Positions 1-8,928 of a stretch of DNA of 64,000 bases are shown here, piece by piece (within the stretch, counting starts at the first letter, position 1; every line of letters starts with the position of its first letter). The DNA is from an uncultured bacterium (GTDB lineage Bacteria > Omnitrophota > Omnitrophia > Omnitrophales > Abzuiibacteriaceae). The translations under genes were made by a program, and so were the position numbers. The DNA is taken from the NCBI GenBank assembly GCA_964387845.1, contig CAYLXA010000009.1:32001-96000 (forward strand), read 5' to 3'. The notes beneath the pieces were generated by a model. It saw nothing but the letters and a program-made list of their open reading frames with translations, was not told the DNA's origin and did not search any database.

Positions 1-3000
1 TTGGACCGTACCGCAGCTCTTTTAAAAGGTTGCCCTTGTACAATTTGAGCCGTACAAATTCACCAAAAGTTAAATCTTGAACAAACTCTTTCATCTTGAT
101 ACGGATATCAGGATCGTCACTGAAAAAATAAATTCCTTCCAAAACCGCAAGCGGCTCCGGATAGAAAACGCTTTCACGCTTGTACATTTCAAACATCCTG
201 TCTCTTGCTTGGCCATATTGCTGCGCGCTCAGCAATGGCTCAATAAATCCGCGCCAGTCATCGATAAAGGCCGGCGCTTGTTTTTTGATGTTTTCAGAAA
301 CTGACCCACGCAAGCGCGAATCTATGGTGTTGTAGAACGCATCCTTGTTCGAAAACGAATAACCGGCGCCGATTGTATTCAAAAATAATGCGAGATAAGT
401 CAATACGAAGGAAGTGGCGGATGTAAACCGGCCGGAGCGCGGGGTTTTTCGGAATGTTTTGATTAAATAGAAGCCGGATGAAGCGACGCCGACCGCAATG
501 GCCGTCACAACGGCTTTAAGCCCGAGCGGATAAATGATTAAATAAAATGGGTACGCAAAAAAGAAAGCACCTGAAACCAACGCTGCGCCTGTAATCAGCT
601 TTCGGACCGGAGAACTCGCAAGTTGAGGCGTCCACCACAAATACAGAAGCGGGATTGAAAATACAAAAGGCAGTGTCCATTCCATACCGACTCCGGTAAA
701 CCGGTTGAAGAAATAAAAATCACCGGGCGGCTTCAGGTAATTTTGCGTGTTATGGACCATGCGCCGCCAATTCGTTACGGCCGTCCAGGCAATCACCATT
801 TCCCATAACCGGATCCGGAACCGATACTGGGCCATATTAACTTTGTGGAGGACTTTAGCAGTTAGAATCAGTGATAACATCATCGCGGTATCTGCGATAT
901 GGCCGCCGATGTAATGAAGTGTATAAAAAAACTGCGAAGGCACCATGCCGGGAATTGGGTCTGCGTGAACATGGTCTGAATAACTCCGGAGCCCCATAAA
1001 ACTTGTCCAGGAAGGGTTATTCCAAAATTCCATAATCCGGTCCCAGTAAGGAAGTTCGATCCTGAGATTTTTATAGGTATCAGAAAGGAGAAGCTTGCCG
1101 AAAGCCCAATGACCGACGCCGTGAAAATACATGTCGAGCGGCCGGATCATGGTAATCCAAATCGTAAATGCCAGCGGTGCTTGAACCAAAGTATGCCACC
1201 TGAAATATCTTTTAAATGCAAAGGTTAACTGCTCCAAAAATTTTTCTAATCCTTCCGGAATTTCAACTTCTTTAGCATCCATGCTTGGGACTTCCGGTTC
1301 AGTAGGAATCAGCGGTTCAAGATTGACTGCTTCTGATTTCGGTAAGGGTTTGGCCGGCTTCACGACCTGCCGAAGTTCGCTCCGGGCTTCCGACCGAGAC
1401 TGAATAAAATCTGGAAAAATTTCACTCAGGGTTGATTGCGTAAAATCTTGCGGATTGGCGTATTTTTCTTGATAAGACCATCGCTCAAATTCAGATCCAA
1501 AAATACTTTCAAGAAATTGACTGTCACGTTCTGCAACCTTCTCCGGCAGAACAGCAATTAAGAATGACGGGTCCGCCAATAACCGTTCGGACATTCGTTT
1601 GTAAATTAATTCATTAATAGCGAATATTTCAAGCTCGCCTTCATCAGTTCCGCGCCAAGGCGACCGAAGGCCCTTTTGATTCCATTCAGAACCATCAATT
1701 GCAAATAACTCACGCAATAATTCTATAATCTCCTCACGCGATATCTTTTGGCCTGTTTCCTTGCCTGTGCTATCGACGGCTTTCAAATTAACAAACATCC
1801 GCGCCATGTAGTAAGGTATCGATTCCTTGCCTTCGCCCGGAAAAATATTTTTTGATATCGTAATATCCGTTGGCCGAAATAAAATTTCAGAATCATGAAG
1901 GCGTGCATCCAGCATGGCAGCCAAACCCCATAACATAAAATCTCTTTCGGTCGCCTGAATTAATTGTCCGGCATAGCGCGGGGTTGATTCTAAAGCTTTC
2001 CACCCCTGAGTTTTAGATTGAGCTACGATGAGCGGGATAAAATGCCTGACAGATTTCACCAGCAACTCATTATCAAGCGCTTGATAATCTGACTTAAATT
2101 TTTCAAAATGCATCCCGAAAAGCCGCAAATGTATCACGAGAGCAAGCCCCCTCACCCACCAAGTCAATAATTGATCGCTCAAAGATCCTCCGGCAAGCTC
2201 GGTAATCTCGTCTTCACTTGCAAACCAGGCAACCGGCTCTGTGATATCTTCATTCAAGAAAACCAGGTGCTGGTTGATACGGCCGTGGACCTGATCCCAA
2301 TTTCGCTTTCTCCAATAGGCCCTTAGTTCGTTCCCAATATTTTTTAAATCATCTTGCCCAAAACTTGGTTCAACCGCCTCGCTCCGCCGCGCTTCTATTT
2401 GAAGCAGTTCGCGTAATTTTTCCCGAAGAAATTCCCAAGATTGCCTTGCATTATCCAATTCATTTCGCCCTGAAAACTGATCTAACCGCTCTAGGACCGC
2501 ATCAAGCCAAATATTTGCGTCAAATCGATCAACAACACCGGGAGCTCTCAGAAGCTCAACGCCTGAATGAATCTGCCGGAGTTCGCTTCGGTAATAATTG
2601 GCAACAGCAGGAGGCAACAACCTCAGATTAATTCGGCCGAAAGACGGCGGTGTCACGGTTGAAGTCGGCTGAAGCGACATGACTTTGGCATAAGTATCAT
2701 CACGGTCAAGTTCGTGAATCCTGGGAATAACCGAAATATAGGAAAGATTGTTTTTGGTGATCAGTTCCTTAAGGCCTTCTTCGTGAAATCCGCCGGTCAC
2801 AAGCACGACCTTTTTATGCTTGTGCCGTTTCATGGTTTCTTTCAGATTTTTGAAAATAATTTTTTCCCGCAGCCGTGCGGTTTTATAGAAACGGAGGGAT
2901 TGCTTGATCAGGGCATCTGGTATCTGGTATCTGGTATCTGGTCTTCGATCAACTAGATACGAGATACTAGATACTAGATACGATGTTTGAATTTTTACGA

Positions 3001-4211
3001 GTTCATCCCGCGTCAATTCCAAATGAAACAGCTTGTTCAGGAGATGAAGGTCTTGAAACGCCCGGAGAATTTCTTTTTCTGCCTCCGTTTTGGCAAGCCG
3101 GCCGAGAAGCCGATCCGTAAGCTGCTCGATTTCGCCAAACAGAGCAGCTGCGTTCAGTTCCTGCGTGAGAATAATCCGGCCAAGCTCTTTCGATACTGCC
3201 GGAAAATCTTTAAAAGAAAATCCTTTGGCATGTGCTTTTGCATAAAAGGACTCCAGAAAGGCCCGTATCTGGTATCTAGTATCTGGTATCTCGCGGGCAG
3301 AGAGAAACTGATCAAATGATGCAATGAATGATTCAAAGTGATTCGCCTTGAGCCATTCAAAAAGCTTTGCTTTTTCACTAGATACTAGATACGAGATACT
3401 AGATACATCTTTTTCGAGTTCTTTGAGCTTAAAAAAGCGAACCAACTGCGGAAAATCGATTTGATGAATAGGGTCTGTAAGGTCAAGATCAAGATGCTGC
3501 TTTGAAAATTCCGAAAGCACGTTCAGGTGCGATAGCAACTCGCGCTTATCATCCTGAAAAAGAAAATAATCCTTCGTAAATTTGTAAAGCGCAGGATTGA
3601 AAACAAGGGATGCCTTTTTGGATAATTCTAATTTTTCTGTGCTGACCCACTCCTCGGCTTCATCCAGATGCCGGTACACTTTCCGGAACTGCGCCAGGTT
3701 GCGTTTGTAAACGCCGAGACTCTCGCTTCCGAATCCGGAGTAATCGTTTGACAATAGAAGAAGCTCCGGACCGCCGATCAAACCTTTCTCCAAGAGCTTT
3801 CGATTGATTTTGTTGTTCTGTTCTTCGTTCTCTGTGAAACGTAAAAGATTGTTTGGAATGTTGCCGGCAAGGCCGCCCTCCAAATACAACGTGTCGACTT
3901 TGTATTCCTTCTTGAGATGTTGAAGAATTTTTTGAATATTCTCTTGAGCGCCCAATTCACTGTGAGCGTCTTGGATGTGGATGACCAGCGGTAAGTCGTA
4001 AGTGGTAAGTGGTAAGTTTTGACCACCTGAAATAATCTCTTTTACTTCACCGAATTCTTCGGGAATGTGGAAAGAAACGGGCGGATTGAGTTCGACGCCT
4101 TGCGCGTAAGCAAGCGTGGAATTTAGCGTGAAAGCGATCAGCACAAACACACTAATCGCCTTGAGTATTAACAGATTCGGTTTTTTTATCGATATATTCG
4201 GTTGGTTCAAG
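1..4211 (-). CDS. Giant multidomain gene whose 3' end lies beyond the window start. It has a signal-peptide-like leader, a TraB/GumN/Tiki-like domain (GxxH motifs IQDAHSE and VTGGFHEEG) that is paralogous to the 524-aa gene at 49773..51347, two RSELR-delimited modules, and a C-terminal polytopic membrane domain containing HGVGHWAF. The start is tentatively TTG at 4209..4211.
   Basis: I translated the minus strand by hand: one frame is stop-free from 4211 to position 1. It is missing from the ORF track because no stop occurs inside the window. N-terminus: NQPNISIKKPNLLILKAISVFVLIAFTLNSTLAYAQG. RSELR is encoded at 2576..2590 and 1371..1385. Confidence 0.7.
2915..2985. repeat. In-frame palindromic heptamer element (GGTATCT/AGATACT type) inside the truncated giant gene.
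   Basis: catctggtatctggtatctggtatctggtcttcgatcaactagatacgagatactagatactagatacgatg. Translates as TSYLVSSISYLVDRRPDTRYQIPDA. Confidence 0.7.
3264..3407. repeat. Split copy of the GGTATCT/AGATACT palindrome. The arms at 3264..3292 and 3377..3407 are separated by 84 nt of coding sequence.
   Basis: gtatctggtatctagtatctggtatctcg ... cactagatactagatacgagatactagatac. Confidence 0.65.
3990..4017. repeat. Single arm of a GTAAGTG-family element embedded in frame near the 5' end of the truncated giant gene.
   Basis: ggtaagtcgtaagtggtaagtggtaagt. Translates as NLPLTTYDLPL inside the TraB-like domain. Confidence 0.65.
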
Positions 4212-4213
4212 AC

Positions 4214-4246
4214 ATAAAAAATAAGCCCTTCCCTCAAGGGCTTATC
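4214..4246 (-). terminator. GC-rich hairpin aagccct-tccctc-aagggctt followed by a U-tract on the minus-strand RNA. It could be an intrinsic terminator after gpsA or a leader structure before the next gene.
   Basis: Perfect 8-bp inverted repeat at 4224..4244, flanked by an A-run at 4216..4222 on the plus strand (U-run on the minus-strand RNA). Confidence 0.5.
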
Positions 4247-4255
4247 GATGTGAAA

Positions 4256-4284
4256 GTATACCTTATTATTAGGTGTAATTCAAG
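4256..4284 (-). promoter_or_regulatory. Candidate sigma70-type promoter, TTGAAT-17 nt-TATACT read on the minus strand, for the downstream giant gene.
   Basis: The plus strand reads agtata at 4256..4261 and attcaa at 4279..4284, with a 17-nt spacer between them. Confidence 0.35.
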
Positions 4285-4331
4285 GCGGGATGAGATATTT
4301 TTACGGATGTAAATCGTTTATTAACATAGAT

Positions 4332-4393
4332 TTAAGTCGTAAGTGGTAAGCTAATCGAGCAACTTAAAACTTACAACTTATCACTTAAAACTT
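4332..4393. repeat. Heptamer-based palindromic intergenic element of the GTAAGTG/CACTTAC family.
   Basis: Left arm taagtcgtaagtggtaag, right arm cttaaaacttacaacttatcacttaaaacttg. Sits between the gpsA stop and the downstream hairpin. Confidence 0.75.
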
Positions 4394-4397
4394 GCCC

Positions 4398-5429
4398 CTA
4401 ACGCTTACCGAGGGAATAGGGCCTTAATTCTTCTTTCGGCTCCCGGTCGAGGAGATCCTGAACGGCTCGAGCAGCGCTCTTGCCTTCAAAGAGGACGTTG
4501 TAAACTTCTTGAATGATCGGCACTTCAACGCGGTAGCGTTTGGCAAGCTCCATCGTCGAGCGCGCGGTTTCGACACCTTCCGCCACCATGTCCATGCCGC
4601 GTAAAATGTCTTCGATTTTTTCGCCTTTACCAAGCTGCTGCCCAACGCGCAAATTACGCCCAAATTCGGAAATACAGGTCGTCACCAAATCGCCGAAGCC
4701 GGCCAAACCGAAAAACGTGTTGGGATTGGCGCCCATTTGAACACCCAAATGCATCATTTCCAAAAGCCCGCGTGCTAGCAGCGCCGATTTGGTGTTGGAC
4801 CCAAATCCCATGCCGTCGCAAATACCGGCTGCAATGGCAATGACGTTCTTCACGGCAGCTGCGAGCTCAACACCGACCACATCGCTCTGAACATAAATCC
4901 GGAAATGATGGTCGCGAAATGTCTGCTGAACTTTCTCGGCCACTTGCTTATCGGGCGACGCCGCCACAACCAGAGTCGGAATGTTGCGGACCACTTCTTC
5001 CGTATGCGACGGGCCCGACAAAACGGCGAGCTTCACATCGCCGAGCACCGACTGGATAATTTGCGAAGGCCGCATGAGTGTTTTTTTCTCAACGCCTTTT
5101 GTCGCGCTGACTAAGATCTTTTTTGATAAATCACAATCGCGCATTTTAAAAAGTACGTTGCGCAAAAACTGCGAAGGAATCACGAGAACAATGTAATCGC
5201 CGAATTCAATGGCCTGATGAATATCGCTGGTGAACTGCAGACGCTCGGGAAGTTTGATTCCGGGCAGGTACTTTGGGTTTTCCCGCTTGGTGCGGAGAAT
5301 TTCGACATATTCTGAAAAAGCGCTCCAAAGCATCACGTCGTGGCCGATGCGTTCGCTGACCATGGCAAGTCCGGTTCCCCAGCCGCCGTCTCCGAGCACT
5401 GTGACTCTTGTTTTACGCTGAATACTCAT
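4398..5429 (-). CDS. gpsA: NAD(P)H-dependent glycerol-3-phosphate dehydrogenase.
   Basis: VTVLGDGGWGTGLA Rossmann motif, NPKYLPG, SGPSHTEEV, GLAGFGDLVTTC and further family motifs along the full length. Confidence 0.9.
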   Translation of the reverse strand: MSIQRKTRVTVLGDGGWGTGLAMVSERIGHDVMLWSAFSEYVEILRTKRENPKYLPGIKLPERLQFTSDIHQAIEFGDYIVLVIPSQFLRNVLFKMRDCDLSKKILVSATKGVEKKTLMRPSQIIQSVLGDVKLAVLSGPSHTEEVVRNIPTLVVAASPDKQVAEKVQQTFRDHHFRIYVQSDVVGVELAAAVKNVIAIAAGICDGMGFGSNTKSALLARGLLEMMHLGVQMGANPNTFFGLAGFGDLVTTCISEFGRNLRVGQQLGKGEKIEDILRGMDMVAEGVETARSTMELAKRYRVEVPIIQEVYNVLFEGKSAARAVQDLLDREPKEELRPYSLGKR

Positions 5430-5474
5430 AGGTTTTGTAGTTTATCAGGCACTTCTCACAGAAGCAATGACGGA

Positions 5475-5750
5475 TTATTGCGAACCTTGGCACTCGGTTT
5501 TACATTTTGGCGCACCGCAGGATTCCTGCTTCGGTGCGCTTTTTTCCGAGTCTGCCTTCTTTTTATAGTCGCTAGAGCGGTAATCCGTTTGATAAAAACC
5601 GCTGCCTTTAAAAATAACGCCGGCGCCGGAACCAATCAAACGCCTTGTTTTTGATTTACATTCCGGGCAGGCCTTGATCGGTTCATCCTTCATCGATTGA
5701 AATTTTTCGAATCGATGGCCCTTTGTACATTCATATTCGTAAGTCGGCAT
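5475..5750 (-). CDS. FmdB-family zinc-ribbon protein.
   Basis: MPTYEYECTKGHRFEKF...CPECKS, the typical FmdB CxxC...CxxC N-terminus. Confidence 0.8.
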   Translation of the reverse strand: MPTYEYECTKGHRFEKFQSMKDEPIKACPECKSKTRRLIGSGAGVIFKGSGFYQTDYRSSDYKKKADSEKSAPKQESCGAPKCKTECQGSQ

Positions 5751-5774
5751 TTTTAAATTAGCGTTAAGGCAAAG

Positions 5775-5840
5775 TTTTAAGTGATAAGTGGTAAGTGCTA
5801 AGTTGTTCGATTAACTTATCACTTACCATTTAAACCTTAC
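5775..5840. repeat. Heptamer-based palindromic intergenic element of the GTAAGTG family.
   Basis: ttttaagtgataagtggtaagtgctaagttg / aacttatcacttaccatttaaaccttac. Confidence 0.75.
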
Positions 5841-5845
5841 GCCTT

Positions 5846-6967
5846 TTATTGGAAACGCTCTCTCCATTTGGTAAAAATACTCTTCCGCGTTGATTCCCCT
5901 CGAACTTTGGCAAATTCTTCGAGCAATTTCTGTTCCTGACCAGACAAACGCTCGGGAACTTCCACCACGATTTTAACCAATTCATCGCCGCGCACGCCGC
6001 CGCGGACATCGGGAAAACCCTTTCCTTTGATCCGCAAAATTTTTCCGGGCTGAGTGCCGGCAGGGATTTTAAGTTTCACTTTGCCGTCCAAAGTCGGTGC
6101 TTCGATTTCGGTTCCAAGCGCGGCCTGCGCCATTGTAATTTTTGCCTCGCAAAGCACGTCGTTGGCGTCGCGCTCAAAAATCTCATGCGGCCTCACTTCG
6201 ATCATAATATAAAGATTGCCGCGCTCGCCGCCCCTTTGCCCGGCTTCGCCTTCGCCGGAAAGTTTGAGTCGAGACCCTGTATCAATCCCGGCTGGAATTT
6301 TCAAATTGAGTTTTCGCGTATGCTGAACGCGGCCGGAGCCTCTGCAATCACGGCATGCTTTTTCGATTCGCTCGCCTTCCCCGCGGCATCTTGGGCAGGT
6401 TTGCCGGATCGAGAAAAAACCCTGCGCAATCCGGACTTCGCCCATTCCTTTGCAATCCGGGCATGTTTTTTTGCTCGAACCGGGTTCTGCGCCGGATCCC
6501 GAGCAATGCGCGCAGGTTTCCATCCGCGGAATTTCAACGGCCATTTCTTTGCCGAACGCAGCCTCTTCAAATGAAATAGAAACTCGATACTCTAAATCAG
6601 AACCACGCCGGCCGCGCCGCGATCCGCCTCGGCTGCGCGATGATCCGCCTCCGAAGAAATCTTCAAAAAGGTCTCCGAAAATATCGCCGAATCCTTCAAA
6701 GTTACTTTCAAAACCGTGAAACCCCTGAAAACCTTGCCCGCCCAGCGAATGGCCGAACTGGTCATACTGCGCGCGTTTTTGTTTATCGCTCAAAACAGCG
6801 TAGGCTTCGGCGGCTTCTTTAAACTTTTCTTCCGCCGTCTTGTCGCCGGGATTCCGGTCCGGATGATATTTAAGCGCCAGCTTCCGGTAGGCTTTCTTAA
6901 TATCATCATCCGAAGCGGTTTTCGATACGCCGATTACTTCGTAGTAGTCTCTTTTGGTTGTAGCCAT
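5846..6967 (-). CDS. dnaJ: Molecular chaperone DnaJ.
   Basis: J domain (DYYEVIGV...[16 protein letters not shown]), G/F-rich region, four CxxCxGxG zinc-finger repeats, C-terminal domains. Confidence 0.95.
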   Translation of the reverse strand: MATTKRDYYEVIGVSKTASDDDIKKAYRKLALKYHPDRNPGDKTAEEKFKEAAEAYAVLSDKQKRAQYDQFGHSLGGQGFQGFHGFESNFEGFGDIFGDLFEDFFGGGSSRSRGGSRRGRRGSDLEYRVSISFEEAAFGKEMAVEIPRMETCAHCSGSGAEPGSSKKTCPDCKGMGEVRIAQGFFSIRQTCPRCRGEGERIEKACRDCRGSGRVQHTRKLNLKIPAGIDTGSRLKLSGEGEAGQRGGERGNLYIMIEVRPHEIFERDANDVLCEAKITMAQAALGTEIEAPTLDGKVKLKIPAGTQPGKILRIKGKGFPDVRGGVRGDELVKIVVEVPERLSGQEQKLLEEFAKVRGESTRKSIFTKWRERFQ

Positions 6968-6977
6968 ATTTTCCAGT

Positions 6978-7057
6978 CATAAGTGGTAAGTGATAAGTTG
7001 TAAGTAGGAAAAATAACTTACCGTTTCTCACTTAGCACTTACAACTTACCACTTAAA
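6978..7057. repeat. Heptamer-based palindromic intergenic element of the GTAAGTG family.
   Basis: cataagtggtaagtgataagttgtaagtagg / aacttaccgtttctcacttagcacttacaacttaccacttaaaac. Confidence 0.75.
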
Positions 7058-7063
7058 ACTAAA

Positions 7064-7645
7064 TTAAGTTATTTCTTCGATTTTCTCGTCTTCCTGAGCG
7101 GATTTTTGCTTCACGAATACTTTTACCTTTGCAGGCCTCAATAATTTCCCGCTCAACATATAACCCGCGATGACTTCTTCGGCAACCGTGTGGTCGGTTT
7201 CTTTTTCGGAAACAATTTCCTCGATTGCTTCATGCACATTCGGGTCAAACGGTTTTTTCAAAACGTCCATTCGTATCAAGCCTTGCGCTTTCAATACTTC
7301 GGCAAGCTGTTTGCGGATCAATTCAATTCCGCTCCAGACCGCTTTTTGCGCCGGATCATCATTTTGATGCAAAAGCGCGCGTTCGAAATTATCCAACACC
7401 GGCAAAAGCTCGTAAAAGAAACCTTCGAGCGCATATTTGAAATAATCCTCACGCTCTTTTCCAATGCGCTTTTTGGCATTCTCAAAATCCGCTGCCGAAC
7501 GCAACATCTGTTCCTTCAGGTTTTCTAATTCCTGAATTTTTTTGAGCAGATTTTCGTACTCAGCTTTCTGCAGGCGCACTTCGTCGGTTGGTTTTGATTG
7601 ATTCGTTTCCATTTCTTTATTCTCTTTTTCTTTATCTTTATTCAT
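7064..7645 (-). CDS. grpE: Nucleotide exchange factor GrpE. The start is moved to the ATG at 7643..7645; the ORF-track 5' extension from 7696 translates the repeat element.
   Basis: GrpE coiled-coil and C-terminal motifs (DFENAKKRIGKERED...GLIRMDVLKKPFDPNVHEAI). The MVRDKFFLTTYNLPLNT extension is the palindromic element in frame. Confidence 0.9.
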   Translation of the reverse strand: MNKDKEKENKEMETNQSKPTDEVRLQKAEYENLLKKIQELENLKEQMLRSAADFENAKKRIGKEREDYFKYALEGFFYELLPVLDNFERALLHQNDDPAQKAVWSGIELIRKQLAEVLKAQGLIRMDVLKKPFDPNVHEAIEEIVSEKETDHTVAEEVIAGYMLSGKLLRPAKVKVFVKQKSAQEDEKIEEIT

Positions 7646-7650
7646 AGTGT

Positions 7651-7712
7651 TAAGCGGTAAGTTGTAAGTGGTAAGAAAAAACTTATCCCTTACCACCTAT
7701 CACTTAGCACTT
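7651..7712. repeat. Heptamer-based palindromic intergenic element of the GTAAGTG family.
   Basis: taagcggtaagttgtaagtggtaag / cttatcccttaccacctatcacttagcactt. Confidence 0.75.
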
Positions 7713-7714
7713 CT

Positions 7715-8743
7715 TTAAATTAATCTCTCAATCGAATCCGTCAAACGACGCGCCACATGATCCACAAGCGAAATAACTTTCGCATACGGCATGCGCGTCG
7801 GCCCTAAAATTCCCACGGTTCCCAGCAATTGGTTTTGGCAATGGTACGGCGCAAACACGAGTGTACAATCGCGGATTTCCTGAGGCAAATTTTCCTTGCC
7901 GATTCTCACTCGGATTTCACCGGCACGCAGCGGCTCGTTAATCGCCGATCTCAAAGTTTCCTTGGTTTCCAGGACTCTTGAGAGCAAGCGCGCTTTTTCG
8001 GATGCCTGGAATTCCGGCTGGCGCAAAATAAACCTGGATCCGTCGAGCGCTAATTTCCGCTCCTCTTCAATCACAAGCGCACGCTCTGCGATTTGAAGCG
8101 CGATGCGGTACAAAATCGCGGCGGAATCACGAACTTTGAGCAATCGCTCGCTTAAAAACTCCGGAATTTCGCTGAATTTTTTTCCCGAAAGCTCGGAATT
8201 CAGAAAATGATTAAGCCGCGCGACTTCCTCCATCGGAATTTCTTCTTCCATGTCGACCATTTTGTTCTGCACAAATCCGGACGTGGAAGCCCACATCACG
8301 AGCAAATGCGAACGGCCGTACGGAATTAATTCGATCTGTTTGAGAACAAGTTCGTTGAAATCCGGAAACAAAACCCAGCCGGCTTGCTCGGTCATCGATG
8401 ACAACACGCGCGCCGTGCGCTCAACCAGCTCTTCGATGCTTTTCGCCTTTTGGCGATATTCCCACGCAATCAGCGACGTTTCAGCAGCCTGGACGGATTT
8501 TTCTTTGATGAGAGCGTCGACATAAAAACGATACCCCGAATCGGTCGGAACGCGGCCGGCTGAAGTATGCGGATGATTGATGAAGCCAAGTGACTCAAGC
8601 TCCGACATTTCGTTGCGGATGGTCGCAGAGGAAATATCCGTGCTGAAATGTTCCGACACCACTTTTGAGCCCACAGGTTCTGTGGTTTTGGTGTAGAAAT
8701 CTACAATAATGGCTAAAATCTCTTTTTGACGCTCTGATAGCAT
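7715..8743 (-). CDS. hrcA: Heat-inducible transcription repressor HrcA.
   Basis: N-terminal winged helix (MLSERQKEILAIIVDFYTKTTEPVGSKVVSE), full-length HrcA similarity, CIRCE immediately upstream, classic hrcA-grpE-dnaJ order. Confidence 0.9.
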   Translation of the reverse strand: MLSERQKEILAIIVDFYTKTTEPVGSKVVSEHFSTDISSATIRNEMSELESLGFINHPHTSAGRVPTDSGYRFYVDALIKEKSVQAAETSLIAWEYRQKAKSIEELVERTARVLSSMTEQAGWVLFPDFNELVLKQIELIPYGRSHLLVMWASTSGFVQNKMVDMEEEIPMEEVARLNHFLNSELSGKKFSEIPEFLSERLLKVRDSAAILYRIALQIAERALVIEEERKLALDGSRFILRQPEFQASEKARLLSRVLETKETLRSAINEPLRAGEIRVRIGKENLPQEIRDCTLVFAPYHCQNQLLGTVGILGPTRMPYAKVISLVDHVARRLTDSIERLI

Positions 8744-8783
8744 TTATCGTAACTCTTTAATTTTAAACAACTTATAGATAAAT

Positions 8784-8811
8784 TTAGCACTCTATGTAGT
8801 ACGAATGCTAA
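8784..8811. promoter_or_regulatory. CIRCE-like HrcA operator: TTAGCACTC-N10-GAATGCTAA, one mismatch to the consensus half-site and a 10-nt spacer.
   Basis: Inverted repeat read directly from the sequence; it overlaps the promoter upstream of hrcA. Confidence 0.75.
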
Positions 8812-8816
8812 TGGGG

Positions 8817-8844
8817 ATTATAGCAAGGATTAGGAGAATTTCAA
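8817..8844 (-). promoter_or_regulatory. Sigma70-type promoter of the hrcA operon: TTGAAA-16 nt-TATAAT read on the minus strand.
   Basis: The plus strand reads attata at 8817..8822 and tttcaa at 8839..8844. CIRCE follows directly. Confidence 0.6.
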
Positions 8845-8850
8845 GCTTGG

Positions 8851-8926
8851 TTAAGTTGTAAGTGGTAAGTGATAAGTGCTAAGCAATTTGATTAACTTAC
8901 GACTTATCACTTATCACTTACAACTG
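8851..8926. repeat. Heptamer-based palindromic intergenic element of the GTAAGTG family.
   Basis: ttaagttgtaagtggtaagtgataagtgctaag / aacttacgacttatcacttatcacttacaactgaattaa. Confidence 0.75.
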
Positions 8927-8928
8927 AA

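Noticed and set aside
5475-5750. The FmdB zinc-ribbon gene as part of the novel system.
   Set aside because: It is a common small gene frequently found near heat-shock and housekeeping genes. It has no RSELR motif, no leader, and no specific link to the giant genes.
7645-7696. ORF-track N-terminal extensions: MVRDKFFLTTYNLPLNT on grpE, MVSFKLLTTYHLSLITK on the 3270-aa gene, MVRDK on the 4508-aa gene.
   Set aside because: They begin with GTG codons and are literal translations of the GTAAGTG-family palindromes, which are stop-free in that frame. Conserved ATG starts lie just downstream (7645, 18741, 49771).
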